A stretch of DNA of 64,000 nt from Alphaproteobacteria bacterium (GTDB lineage: Bacteria; Pseudomonadota; Alphaproteobacteria; JAAXGF01): the NCBI GenBank assembly GCA_963555825.3, contig CAUVXB020000001.1, forward strand, positions 640,001-704,000, given 5' to 3'. Below are positions 43,480-52,698 of this stretch, one piece after another (position 1 is the first letter of the stretch; each line of letters opens with the position of its first letter). The notes beneath the pieces were generated by a model. That model had not been told where the DNA came from and did not search any database. It saw only the letters and a program-made list of their open reading frames with translations. Position numbers and translations under genes: made by a program.

Positions 43480-44706
43480 TTATTGGATGCCGGTATGATG
43501 AACATTCAAGGCTCTTTGGAATTCTTCATCATTTTCTAATTCGATTTGTCTGTCTTTTTCCCTTTGGGCTTTTTGACGTTTTTCTGCTTTATGTTTTTCT
43601 TTATCGTATTCGGATGGAAACATCTTTGCAGGGCCGTAGGTGTTGACCGCCTCACGCAGGATTTCCTGGTCGTCCATGAGATCGCGACGCGCATGTCTGA
43701 GCGCACGGCCGTCTGCCTTTACCACCTTGAGCACGAACGCGCGATCAGACTGCAGGCCACGATCCGCATACTTGAATGAATCGCCACCGTTCTTAACCAC
43801 TTCGAGAATGAACGCGCGATCGGATTTTAGACTGCGACCCGCATGGGTGAGCGCACGGCCGTTTTCCCTAACCGCGCTTAGCACGATCTCGCGATCGGAT
43901 CGGAGACTGCGATTGGCATGAGCGAGCGCACCGTCGTACTGAACCACCTCAAGCACGAACGCCCGATCACACTTAAGGCTGTCGTCGGCAAATTTGAAAT
44001 AATCTCCATCGTGCTTGACCATCGCGCGCACAATTTTGCGGTCAGATCCGAGACGGTCGTCGACAAATTCGATCGCGGCAATATTCTGTTCAACGGCCAA
44101 AAGCATAATTTCTTTGTCAGACCTGAAACAACGATCGGCATATTCGATCACGGAATAATCTTGTTTAACCGCTGCGAGCACGATCTCGCGATCGGATTTG
44201 AAACTGCCGTGCGCATTTTCTTTGAGGACACCATGATTTTGCTTGACCGCCGCCAAGACAATTTTCCGGTCAGACGCGAAACCCTCGTCGGCATAATAGA
44301 GCGCATCATAGTTCTTTTTGACTGCCGCCAGCACGATCTCGCGATCCGACTTGAAACCGTCGTCGGCATGATAGAGCGCAAGACCGCCCCCATGCGTGAC
44401 GGCAGCGAGCACAACCTCGCGGTCGGACTTGAGAACGCCTCCGGCATGCCCGAGCGCATCACCATCTTGCTTGACCGCCGCTAGGACAATCTCTCGGTCG
44501 GACTTGAGACTTTCGTCGGCATGTTCGAGCGCACGACCGTCTGCCTTAACCGCCGCCAGCACGATCTCCCGGTCGGACTTGAGGCCGTCATCAAGCTTGG
44601 CAAGTTTCCGGCCATCTTGTTTGACCAGTTCAAGCGCGCCGGCGCGATCAACGGTTGAGCCTTGTTCGTACGCCTTGTCTTTACCCACGATGTCGCGCCC
44701 ATCCCC
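43480..44706 (-). CDS. DUF4116-like repeat protein; 5' end hit by IS copy 3
   Basis: About 14 tandem ~25-aa repeats of the type SDREIVLAAVKQDGxALxHADxxLK; lower GC than the backbone; true start uncertain. Confidence 0.8.
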   Translation of the reverse strand, partial: GDGRDIVGKDKAYEQGSTVDRAGALELVKQDGRKLAKLDDGLKSDREIVLAAVKADGRALEHADESLKSDREIVLAAVKQDGDALGHAGGVLKSDREVVLAAVTHGGGLALYHADDGFKSDREIVLAAVKKNYDALYYADEGFASDRKIVLAAVKQNHGVLKENAHGSFKSDREIVLAAVKQDYSVIEYADRCFRSDKEIMLLAVEQNIAAIEFVDDRLGSDRKIVRAMVKHDGDYFKFADDSLKCDRAFVLEVVQYDGALAHANRSLRSDREIVLSAVRENGRALTHAGRSLKSDRAFILEVVKNGGDSFKYADRGLQSDRAFVLKVVKADGRALRHARRDLMDDQEILREAVNTYGPAKMFPSEYDKEKHKAEKRQKAQREKDRQIELENDEEFQRALNVHHTGIQ

Positions 44707-44751
44707 TGAGTCGGACCCGATTTCCTTGGACACAGAATTGGCTTAATCGAA

Positions 44752-45183
44752 GTGTCCAAGGAGGACCGGAACATGACCGACAATTTTGAGAACAAAGTTG
44801 CTGTTGATGGGCCTGTGGTAAACGAGGGCGAGCTTGGCTCGTCCACGTTTTCCCCGGGCCAGGTTTCGCCGGCAGGCCCGCTGGGACTTGGCCAGCGGTG
44901 GACGGTGACGCGCAAGCGTGAGGTTGCCCTGCGGCTTTTGCGTGGCGAGCCGGTGGAACTTTTGTCGCGGCAGTTGGGCGTGGAGATTTTCCGGCTCGAG
45001 CAGTGGCGTGAGAAGGCGATCGCCGGGATCGATGCCTCGCTCAAGGAACGCAAGGGCGATCCGGTGAAGGCGGAACTGGACATCGCCATGAAGCGGATCG
45101 GGGAGTTGATCATGCAGGTGGAACTGCTGGAGGCCAAGACGGAGACGTCCGGCCCTTTGGGGCGGCGGAGGTCGCGGCGATGA
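44752..45183 (+). CDS. IS OrfA, copy 3
   Basis: Translation identical to copies 1 and 2. Confidence 0.8.
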   Translation: MSKEDRNMTDNFENKVAVDGPVVNEGELGSSTFSPGQVSPAGPLGLGQRWTVTRKREVALRLLRGEPVELLSRQLGVEIFRLEQWREKAIAGIDASLKERKGDPVKAELDIAMKRIGELIMQVELLEAKTETSGPLGRRRSRR

Positions 45184-46091
45184 GTGCCGCCACCTCTCCC
45201 GGCACGGGTTTGGCCTACGGCCTCCAGCGGGTCTGTGCGGCCTGGGGTTTTGCCCGTTCCTCGTTCTACGCCATGAAATCCCGGCAGCAGGCCACCGCTG
45301 AGCGCCCACCAGCAAAGCGCCGGGGACCGAAGCCCTCGATCTCGGACGAGGCTCTGCTGGTGGCCATCGAGGCCGACCTGGAGGCATCCCCCTGGGAGGG
45401 CGAGGGACACCGCAAGGTCTGGGCTCGGCTTCGGGTCTGTCGTGGCATCCGTGTTTCCCGCAAGCGGGGGCTCCGGGTGATGCGCGAGAACAACCTGCTC
45501 TCGCCCCATCGCTGCCGCCGCCGTGGCGGAAATCCCCATGTCGGTGAGATCATCACCCATGCCCCCAACCTCATGTGGGGCACGGACGGCGTTCGGGTGT
45601 TCACGGTGGACGACGGCTGGGGCTGGATATTCACCGCCATCGAGCATTGGAACGCCGAGTGCGTCGGCTGGCATGTGTGCAAGCGAGGCGACCGCTTCGC
45701 CGCCCTTCAGCCGATCTCCATGGGGCTTGCGAGGCTGTATGCCTCGACCTCCGCCGGTGCGGCGCGGGGGCTGGCCTTGCGGATGGATCACGGCTCCCAG
45801 TATCTGTCGGACCACTTCACCAACCAGATCAAGTTCTGGGGCATCCAGCCGTCCTACGCCTTCGTCGAACAGCCCCAGACCAACGGCGTCGCCGAGAGGT
45901 TCAATCGCACGCTCAAGGAACAGATCATCCATGGCCGCATCTACCGCAACATCGCGGAGCTGCGGAACGCCGTCCGCGGGTTCGTCGAACAGTACAATGC
46001 CCAGTGGATCGTGGAGAAGAACGGCTACCTGAGCCCCGCTCAAGCTCGTCAGGCGTGGCACACCGCGATGTCACTCAGGCCCGCCGCATGA
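45180..46091 (+). CDS. IS OrfB DDE transposase, copy 3
   Basis: Translation identical to copies 1 and 2. Confidence 0.92.
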   Translation: MSAATSPGTGLAYGLQRVCAAWGFARSSFYAMKSRQQATAERPPAKRRGPKPSISDEALLVAIEADLEASPWEGEGHRKVWARLRVCRGIRVSRKRGLRVMRENNLLSPHRCRRRGGNPHVGEIITHAPNLMWGTDGVRVFTVDDGWGWIFTAIEHWNAECVGWHVCKRGDRFAALQPISMGLARLYASTSAGAARGLALRMDHGSQYLSDHFTNQIKFWGIQPSYAFVEQPQTNGVAERFNRTLKEQIIHGRIYRNIAELRNAVRGFVEQYNAQWIVEKNGYLSPAQARQAWHTAMSLRPAA

Positions 46092-46269
46092 GACAAACTT
46101 GTGTCCAAGGAACCGGGTGCGATACATCGCGCCCATCCCCAACGTGTGTATTCACCGGATATATAGCACCAATTGCCAAAGCAGCCGACAGTATCAATGA
46201 CACCACGGGCTTCCTAGACGGTGTACCGGAGGGTGTTTAACGTACCGCCTCAACCGGGAGGAACCGGAA

Positions 46270-46608
46270 ATGCCGGAACCGGCGTGGAAGACGTGCGAAA
46301 TCTGTCGGGACCTGCCCGAGTTCTGCGATGCGGACCGAATTGAGGGAGAGGAGTTACCGTCCGCGGTCTATAGGTTTGAATTATGTGCGGATCTTCGACG
46401 CTGCCCTCTTTGTCACACCTTCTACGATTATGATGACGGTAACGATCCGGGCCACTATATGCCGGACCCCCAATGGGTTAGGCGGATAACAGCAGATTAC
46501 GGACGGGTGCACCGCAGGCTTGTCTCATTTGCATCGGGCCCCCACGCCGATATTGCGAAAACGGCGAAGCGGTGGTTACAGGATCTGGATCGCGATATGG
46601 CCCGATAG
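46270..46608 (+). CDS. Hypothetical protein with two CxxC motifs
   Basis: RBS gggagg; CEIC and CPLC; lower GC. Confidence 0.55.
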   Translation: MPEPAWKTCEICRDLPEFCDADRIEGEELPSAVYRFELCADLRRCPLCHTFYDYDDGNDPGHYMPDPQWVRRITADYGRVHRRLVSFASGPHADIAKTAKRWLQDLDRDMAR

Positions 46609-46782
46609 CGGCGATGCTTTGGCGGTACGTGCACACCGTGGACGGCCCACACGACCGGCATCGCGATGTGCCATTTCGCGGTTGCCGCTATGAAGCCGCT
46701 TATGTCTCCTCCTGGCTAGAAGCCGACATCCAGCGCCTAGCGGTGCGAGGTCCGCTTTCCGCTCAGAAGCAGACATTAAAGC

Positions 46783-48423
46783 CCGCAATTCCCAAGTATC
46801 GTCGATATTCAGTGCGGCGAGAAGGCGATTCTGCTATAAGAATCATGAAGTTGTAGCATACATGGAGCGGCGGATATGGCACACCCGATGGGTGAATCGA
46901 AACCGGGGTGCCTTCGGGTCGTTTTTGACCGTCGATTGAAGCTTGAATTCCACGGTTCCAAGATCACCTCTGATGCCGGGTTGCTCGCCTACCGGGAGCT
47001 TGACGATGCCCTCGGCCTGACTGAGATGGCCGAGGGTGTTTTCCAGGATAGCCGTACCGGCAAGAACGGATGGCACGGCATGACGGGTCAGTTTCGCCAG
47101 TCCGTTTTCGGGCGCCTTGGCGGCTATGACGATGTGAACGACGCCGACCGTCTGGGACGCGATCCCGCCATGCGCTGGATTGTTGGCGGCAAGGCCATCG
47201 AAAGACAGGCCGCTTCCACCAGCCAGATGGGACGCTTCGAGACGGAGCTATTGGCCACCGACGAGAACGTTGAAGCCTTGGTCGACATGAACGGGGTGTG
47301 GATCGACAAGGTTCATGACCGCCATCCGCCGAAGATGATCATTCTCGACATGGACAGCAGCGTCAGCCCGACCCATGGCGAACAAGAGGGAACAGCGTAC
47401 AATGGTCACTTCGGCTGTACCTGCTAGCATCCGCTATTCCTGTTCAACCAGTTCGGCGACTTGGAGAGATGTTCCCTGCGCCCCGGTAATGTTCACAGTG
47501 CCGACGGATGGCGGAATGTTCTGGAGCCGGTGGTGATGCGCTATAAGGAAAGGAAGGTGCGGCTGTATTTTCGTGGCGATGCCGCCTTCGCCTCACCGGA
47601 GATATACGAATATCTCGAAGCCGAGGGATTACTCTACGTCATCCGCCTCAAAGCGAACGCGATTCTCCAGCGGAACATTGCCCATCTGCTTACGCGACCT
47701 GTCGGTCGCCCGCCCGACCATGTTCGCCGTTTCCACGCCAGCTTCAGCTATCAGGCCGGATCGTGGAACAAGAAGCGCCGTGTCGTGGCCAAAGTGGAGT
47801 GGCACCCCGGCGAGCTGGTTCCTCGCGTCGGTTTCATCGTCACTAATCTGTCGCGCCCTACCAAGCGGGTGGTGGCGTTCTATAATCACCGTGGCACGGC
47901 GGAGCAGCACATCAAGGAAGGCAAGAACGCCATCAACTGGACCCGTCTGTCATGTCGCAAGTTCCGCAACAATGCCGTTCGGCTCCAGCTTCACGCCCTG
48001 GCCTACAATCTGGGCAACTTCATGAGGACACTGGCTTTGCCGAAGGAGGTGGAGCACTGGTCGATGACGACGTTGCGCGACAAGCTGGTGAAGATCGGGG
48101 CCAAGGTTGTCCGACATGGCCGCTACGTTACGTTCCAATTGGCTGAGGTGGCGGTGCCGAGGGACCTGTTCCGGAAAATCCTGAGCTTGATTGATGATCT
48201 GCGACGAAGACCCGCTCCGGCGTAGGCCGAGGGAATCGACGGCGAGGAGAAAGCGACAGGAGAGGTGTGTCTGGATGGCGAGAAAAATGACCGAGTGGCC
48301 TTCCAAGCGCGGGCCGATTACCAAAATCATGCCATCGGATGGCTGCATAGGGGATACAGTTCCCTTGGCGGTGGGAAAGTGGTACGATTTCCACGAATTT
48401 GGATGGTATATGGGGAATGTCGG
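46783..48423 (+). mobile_element. IS1380 family insertion sequence (ends approximate)
   Basis: Short imperfect IRs ccgcaattccc / gggaatgtcgg around an IS1380 transposase; no clear duplication. Confidence 0.7.
46876..48225 (+). pseudogene. IS1380 transposase with an in-frame TAG at 47425-47427
   Basis: TSDAGLL, LDMDSS, GCTC*HPL (normally CYHPL), RGDAAF, YNHRGTAEQHIKEGK in one frame. Confidence 0.88.
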
Positions 48424-48537
48424 CTTAGGTATGTCGGGTTGTGGCTACACCCAGACATCGGCGCAGCTAAGCCGTTAGGGCTGCTTGCCGCCTGAAGGCT
48501 GACGTGGGCGCCGCGTTCGAGGAAGCCTCGGAGGCGC

Positions 48538-49941
48538 TCAGTCGGGCCGGCGCAGGTCGTCCAGCGCGGCCAGTTCGTCGAGCAGGTAGACGTTCGCCGC
48601 GATGGCCTTCTCGAAGACGCCGAGGTCCATCGATTCGTTGGGTCCGTGGATCGAGCTGGCGGGATCGAGCACGCCGTTGAGGATCAGCGGCAGATGGCCG
48701 TAGCGGCGGCCGAACAGCGCGACGAAGGGGATCGAGCCGCCGATGCCGATTTGAACCAGGGGATGGCCCCAGGCCTTTTCATAGGCGCGGTCGGCGGCCT
48801 CGAACGCCGGACCTTCGGGGCTGTAGAGCCAGGCGTCGGACCCGCCGGGCCGCTCGGTCACGCGCAATCGGACGCCGCCCGGCGGGTCTCGCGTCAGTGC
48901 GTCGGTGATCAACGCCTTGATCGCCTCGCGCGTCTGGCCGGGGGCGACGCGCACGGAAAGCGTTGCCGCCGCGGAATCGCGCAGCGCGTTCTTCTTGCGG
49001 TCGGGTGTCGGCAGGGTCGTCGACAAAATCGTCACCGCCGGCTGACGCCAGGCCCATTCGGCGAGCGAGCGGCCGTTCTCGGGCAGCGCCGTGACGCCGT
49101 CGATTAGATGGGCACCGATACGCACGGTCTCGCCGGTCAGCGGCACGGCGCGCGCCGCCTCGCGCCACGCCTCCGGGACGTCGACCCGGCCAACCGAGAG
49201 CCGGCTGTCGTCGTCGATAATGCGCGCCAGCGCCTTGACCAGCGCGGTCGAGACATCGGGCGCGACGTTGCCCCACAGTCCCGAGTGCACGTCGCTCTCG
49301 AGCGCCTCGCAGACGACGTCGAGCTCGGCCAAGCCGCGCAGCGAGACGGTCAGGCCGGGGATCTCGGTCGATGGGTTGTCGCAATCGGTCAGCACCATGA
49401 CGTCGGCGGCGAAGGCGTCGGGATGGGCGTCCATGAAACGCTCCAGGTTTGGCGAGCCGATCTCCTCCTCGCCCTCGATCAGTAGCTTGACGTTGCACGG
49501 CAGCGCGCCGGCGACCGCGAGCCAGGCCTCGATCGCTGCCAGATGGCTGACCCACCCGCCCATGTCGTCGCCCGAGCCCCGGGCATAGAGCCGCCCGTCC
49601 TTGTGTGTCGCCTCGTGGGGCGGTGTGCGCCAGTCCTCGCCCTTGACCGGCTGCAGGTCGAGGTGGCCGTAAATCAGCAGGCAGGGCCGGGCGGGCCCCG
49701 TATCGATCATCTCGGCCGCGACGCAGGGAAGGGCGCCGTCGAGGTCGAGCACGCGGGCGCGCGCCAACCCGAGCGCCTCGAGGTCGTCGCGGATTCGCTG
49801 CGCCAGCCGGCGGACGTCATCGAAGTGGTCCGGGTCGCAGGAGATCGCCGGATAGCACAGATACTCGCTCAGCCGTTCGATCGTCTGCGGCAGTCGCGCC
49901 TTGGCGTGGCGGCAAACCTCGTCAACCTTCGGATGGGGCAT
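48538..49941 (-). CDS. M20 family metallo-dipeptidase
   Basis: YGHLDLQP, RGSGDD, EGEEEIGS, HSG, HGPNE. Confidence 0.9.
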   Translation of the reverse strand: MPHPKVDEVCRHAKARLPQTIERLSEYLCYPAISCDPDHFDDVRRLAQRIRDDLEALGLARARVLDLDGALPCVAAEMIDTGPARPCLLIYGHLDLQPVKGEDWRTPPHEATHKDGRLYARGSGDDMGGWVSHLAAIEAWLAVAGALPCNVKLLIEGEEEIGSPNLERFMDAHPDAFAADVMVLTDCDNPSTEIPGLTVSLRGLAELDVVCEALESDVHSGLWGNVAPDVSTALVKALARIIDDDSRLSVGRVDVPEAWREAARAVPLTGETVRIGAHLIDGVTALPENGRSLAEWAWRQPAVTILSTTLPTPDRKKNALRDSAAATLSVRVAPGQTREAIKALITDALTRDPPGGVRLRVTERPGGSDAWLYSPEGPAFEAADRAYEKAWGHPLVQIGIGGSIPFVALFGRRYGHLPLILNGVLDPASSIHGPNESMDLGVFEKAIAANVYLLDELAALDDLRRPD

Positions 49942-50060
49942 CGTCGATCTCCTTCGTTTACCGGCCGATCATATCGTCGATCGGCGCATTGCACACCCGG
50001 GCGGGTTCCGCTGTCGACCGGCGTGGTCGGTTGGGTTAGCGTAGCCGCATGCCGACGACC

Positions 50061-50918
50061 ATGACCGACGATACCGACGGGCTGGCCGCCTGGGTCGGGC
50101 GCCGCCAGAGTCTCGAGGACACGATCGCCGCGGGACCCGTCAAGCGCCTCGCCGCGACGCTCGACCGCGACGATGCGCCGCCGGTTGCCGGCGATCCGCT
50201 GCCGCCCGCTTGGCATTGGCTCTATTTCCTGCCGTCGTCGCCGCAATCGACTCTCGGCCTCGATGGCCACGACGCGCGCGGCGGTTTCCTGCCGCCGATC
50301 AAACTGCCGCGGCGCATGTGGGCCGGCGGCCGCTTCACCTTCAAGCAGCCGCTGCGCATCGGCGAAATGGCGCGCCGTGATTCGGAGATCGCCTCGGTGA
50401 CGCCCAAGCAGGGACTTCACGGTCCGCTCGTCTTCGTCACCGTGCGGCACACCGTCTCGGGCGAAAACGGCCCGGCGATCGAGGAAGAACACGACATCGT
50501 CTACCGTGACGCGCCGCAGCCGGGCGCGCCGACGCCGGCGCCGATCGAACCGACGCGCGAGGCGGTCTGGCGGCGCGCCGTCGACCCCGATCCGGTGCTA
50601 CTGTTCCGCTTCTCGGCGCTGACCTTCAACGCCCACCGAATCCACTACGACCGGTCCTACGTGACCGGCCAGGAGGGCTATCCCGGGCTCTTGGTGCACG
50701 GGCCGCTGCTCGCCATCCTGCTGCTCGACCTGCTGCGCCGCGAGGCCCCGGACCGCGCGCTGACCACCTTCGATTACCGCGCCATGGCGCCGGTATTCGA
50801 CACCGCGCCGTTCACCGTCGCAGGCGCGCCGAACGAGGACGGCGCGTCGGTCTGGATCGTCGGTGCCGACGGCGGCGTCGCGATGGCCGGCGAGGCGCGG
50901 TTCGCGGACCGCTCGTGA
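50061..50918 (+). CDS. MaoC/HTD2 family double-hotdog dehydratase (mesaconyl-C4-CoA hydratase-like)
   Basis: PRRMWAGG, FRFSALTFNAHRIHYD, LVHGPL; start 50049 or 50061. Confidence 0.88.
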   Translation: MTDDTDGLAAWVGRRQSLEDTIAAGPVKRLAATLDRDDAPPVAGDPLPPAWHWLYFLPSSPQSTLGLDGHDARGGFLPPIKLPRRMWAGGRFTFKQPLRIGEMARRDSEIASVTPKQGLHGPLVFVTVRHTVSGENGPAIEEEHDIVYRDAPQPGAPTPAPIEPTREAVWRRAVDPDPVLLFRFSALTFNAHRIHYDRSYVTGQEGYPGLLVHGPLLAILLLDLLRREAPDRALTTFDYRAMAPVFDTAPFTVAGAPNEDGASVWIVGADGGVAMAGEARFADRS

Positions 50919-51667
50919 CACGGGCCGACAAGCGCTGGCAGGCGGCGGGCCTCGCCGCGCGCTACGTCGACGGCGTGCGCGGCGCGATCCCGCAAGCCGA
51001 CGAGCAGATCGACGTCATGCTCCGTTTGATCGAATGGGCGCGGCCCGAGCCAGCGAAGGTGCTCGACCTCGGCTGCGGCGACGGCATTCTGGGGCGTGCG
51101 GTGCTCGATCGGTTTCCAAGCGCCAGCTGCGTCTTCGCCGATTTCTCCAAGGAGATGCTCGACTTCGCGCGTGCCAGGCTCAGTGCGGGCGCGGCGCGGG
51201 CGACCGTGGTCGACGCCGACTACGGCGAAGCAGGCTGGGTCGCGACCGTCGCCGGTCACGCGCCGTTCGACGTCGTCGTCTCGGGCTATTCGATCCATCA
51301 CCAGCCCGACGCGCGCAAACGCGCGGTCTACGGCGAGATTTTCGATCTGCTGACGTCCGGCGGGCTGTTCGTGAACGTCGAGCACGTCGCCTCGCCGTCG
51401 CCGCCCATCGAAGGGCTCTACGAGGAGGTTTTCATCGACGCCCTGCATGCATTCCACCAGGCGAACGGGTCGGCGCAGTCGCGCGACGAGGTCGCGGCCG
51501 AGTTCCACCGGCGGCCCGACAAGCAAGCCAATATCTTGGCGCCGGTCGAGGACCAGTGCGCCTGGCTGCGCGCGCTCGGCTATGTCGATGTCGATTGTTT
51601 CCTCAAGTATTTCGAGCTCGCCGTGTTCGGCGGCCGCAAACCACCATCGCAGGAGAGTGGTTCGTGA
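50915..51667 (+). CDS. Class I SAM-dependent methyltransferase
   Basis: VLDLGCGDG, FDVVVSGYSIHH. Confidence 0.9.
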   Translation: MTRADKRWQAAGLAARYVDGVRGAIPQADEQIDVMLRLIEWARPEPAKVLDLGCGDGILGRAVLDRFPSASCVFADFSKEMLDFARARLSAGAARATVVDADYGEAGWVATVAGHAPFDVVVSGYSIHHQPDARKRAVYGEIFDLLTSGGLFVNVEHVASPSPPIEGLYEEVFIDALHAFHQANGSAQSRDEVAAEFHRRPDKQANILAPVEDQCAWLRALGYVDVDCFLKYFELAVFGGRKPPSQESGS

Positions 51668-52698
51668 AATACCGCACACTCGGCCACAGCGGCGTCGAGG
51701 TCTCGCCGCTCTGCCTCGGCACCATGCTGTTCGGCGGCGCGACGCCCGAGGCCGAGGCGGCGCGCATCATCGGCATGGCGCGTGACGGCGGGGTCAACTT
51801 CATCGACACCGCCGACGCCTATAATGACGGCGAGACCGAACGCGTCGTCGGCCGCGCGATCGCCGGCGGGCGCGATCACTGGGTGCTGGCGACCAAGGTG
51901 GGCAACCGTATGGGTGACGACGCCGAGGCGGCCGGCTTGTCGCGCCGCTGGCTGATGCGCGCGATCGACGACAGCCTGGCGCGTCTCGGCGTCGACCACG
52001 TCGACGTCTACTATCTCCATATCGAGGACCACGACACGCCACTCGAAGAGACTGTCGGCGCGCTGGGCGACATCATCGCCGCCGGCAAGGCGCGTAACTT
52101 CGGGCTCAGCAACTTTCGCGCTTGGCGCCACGCCGAGGTCGTGCGGCTGTGTGATGCGGCCGGCGTGCCGCGCCCAGTCGTGAGCCAGCCCTATTACAAC
52201 GCCTTCAACCGGATGCCCGAGGTCGAGCTGCTGCCGGCGTGCGCGCAGTATGGCATCGCCGTCGTGCCCTACAGCCCGGTCGCTCGCGGCGTGCTCGCCG
52301 GCAAGTATCCGCCGGGTGCGACGCCGCCCGAGGACAGCCGCGCCGGACGCGGTGATGAGCGCATCATGAACAGCGAATATCGCGCCGAATCGCTCGAGCT
52401 CGCGCAAAGGGTCAAGGCGCATGCCGAGGCGCGCGGCATGACGGCGGCGCAGTTCGCGTTCAACTGGGTGATCCACAATCGCCTGGTGACCGCGGCGATC
52501 GCCGGCCCGCGCACCGCCGAGCAGTTCGGCGAATATCTCGCCGCTCTCGATTTCGAACTCGATGCCGACGACGAGGCGCTGATCGACGGCATGGTCGCCG
52601 CCGGCCATCCGTCGACGCCGGGCTACAACGACCCGAGCTATCCGATCGAAGGCCGCCAGCCGCGCAACGACGACGAAACGGGGGATGACCGTGAGTGA
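51664..52698 (+). CDS. Aldo/keto reductase
   Basis: LCLGTM, FIDTADAY, ATK, GLSNF, QPYYN, YSP. Confidence 0.93.
   Translation: MKYRTLGHSGVEVSPLCLGTMLFGGATPEAEAARIIGMARDGGVNFIDTADAYNDGETERVVGRAIAGGRDHWVLATKVGNRMGDDAEAAGLSRRWLMRAIDDSLARLGVDHVDVYYLHIEDHDTPLEETVGALGDIIAAGKARNFGLSNFRAWRHAEVVRLCDAAGVPRPVVSQPYYNAFNRMPEVELLPACAQYGIAVVPYSPVARGVLAGKYPPGATPPEDSRAGRGDERIMNSEYRAESLELAQRVKAHAEARGMTAAQFAFNWVIHNRLVTAAIAGPRTAEQFGEYLAALDFELDADDEALIDGMVAAGHPSTPGYNDPSYPIEGRQPRNDDETGDDRE

Larger units (their letters stand above)
44707..46126 (+). mobile_element. IS3-like element, copy 3 (1420 bp)
   Basis: Same ends and ORFs; 14-bp duplication tcgcgcccatcccc at 44693-44706 and 46127-46140. Confidence 0.93.

Noticed and set aside
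43600-44650. DNA repeat array or diversity-generating retroelement in the periodic region
   Set aside because: The ~75-bp periodicity is explained by degenerate protein repeats; no reverse transcriptase or adenine-specific template/variable pair seen
44707-44733. MSKEIGSDS N-terminus given for the repeat protein in the ORF track
   Set aside because: It is read from the IS left end on the minus strand and is not native to the gene
41990-46126. Composite transposon carrying the DUF4116-like gene
   Set aside because: Each IS copy has its own target duplication, indicating independent insertions
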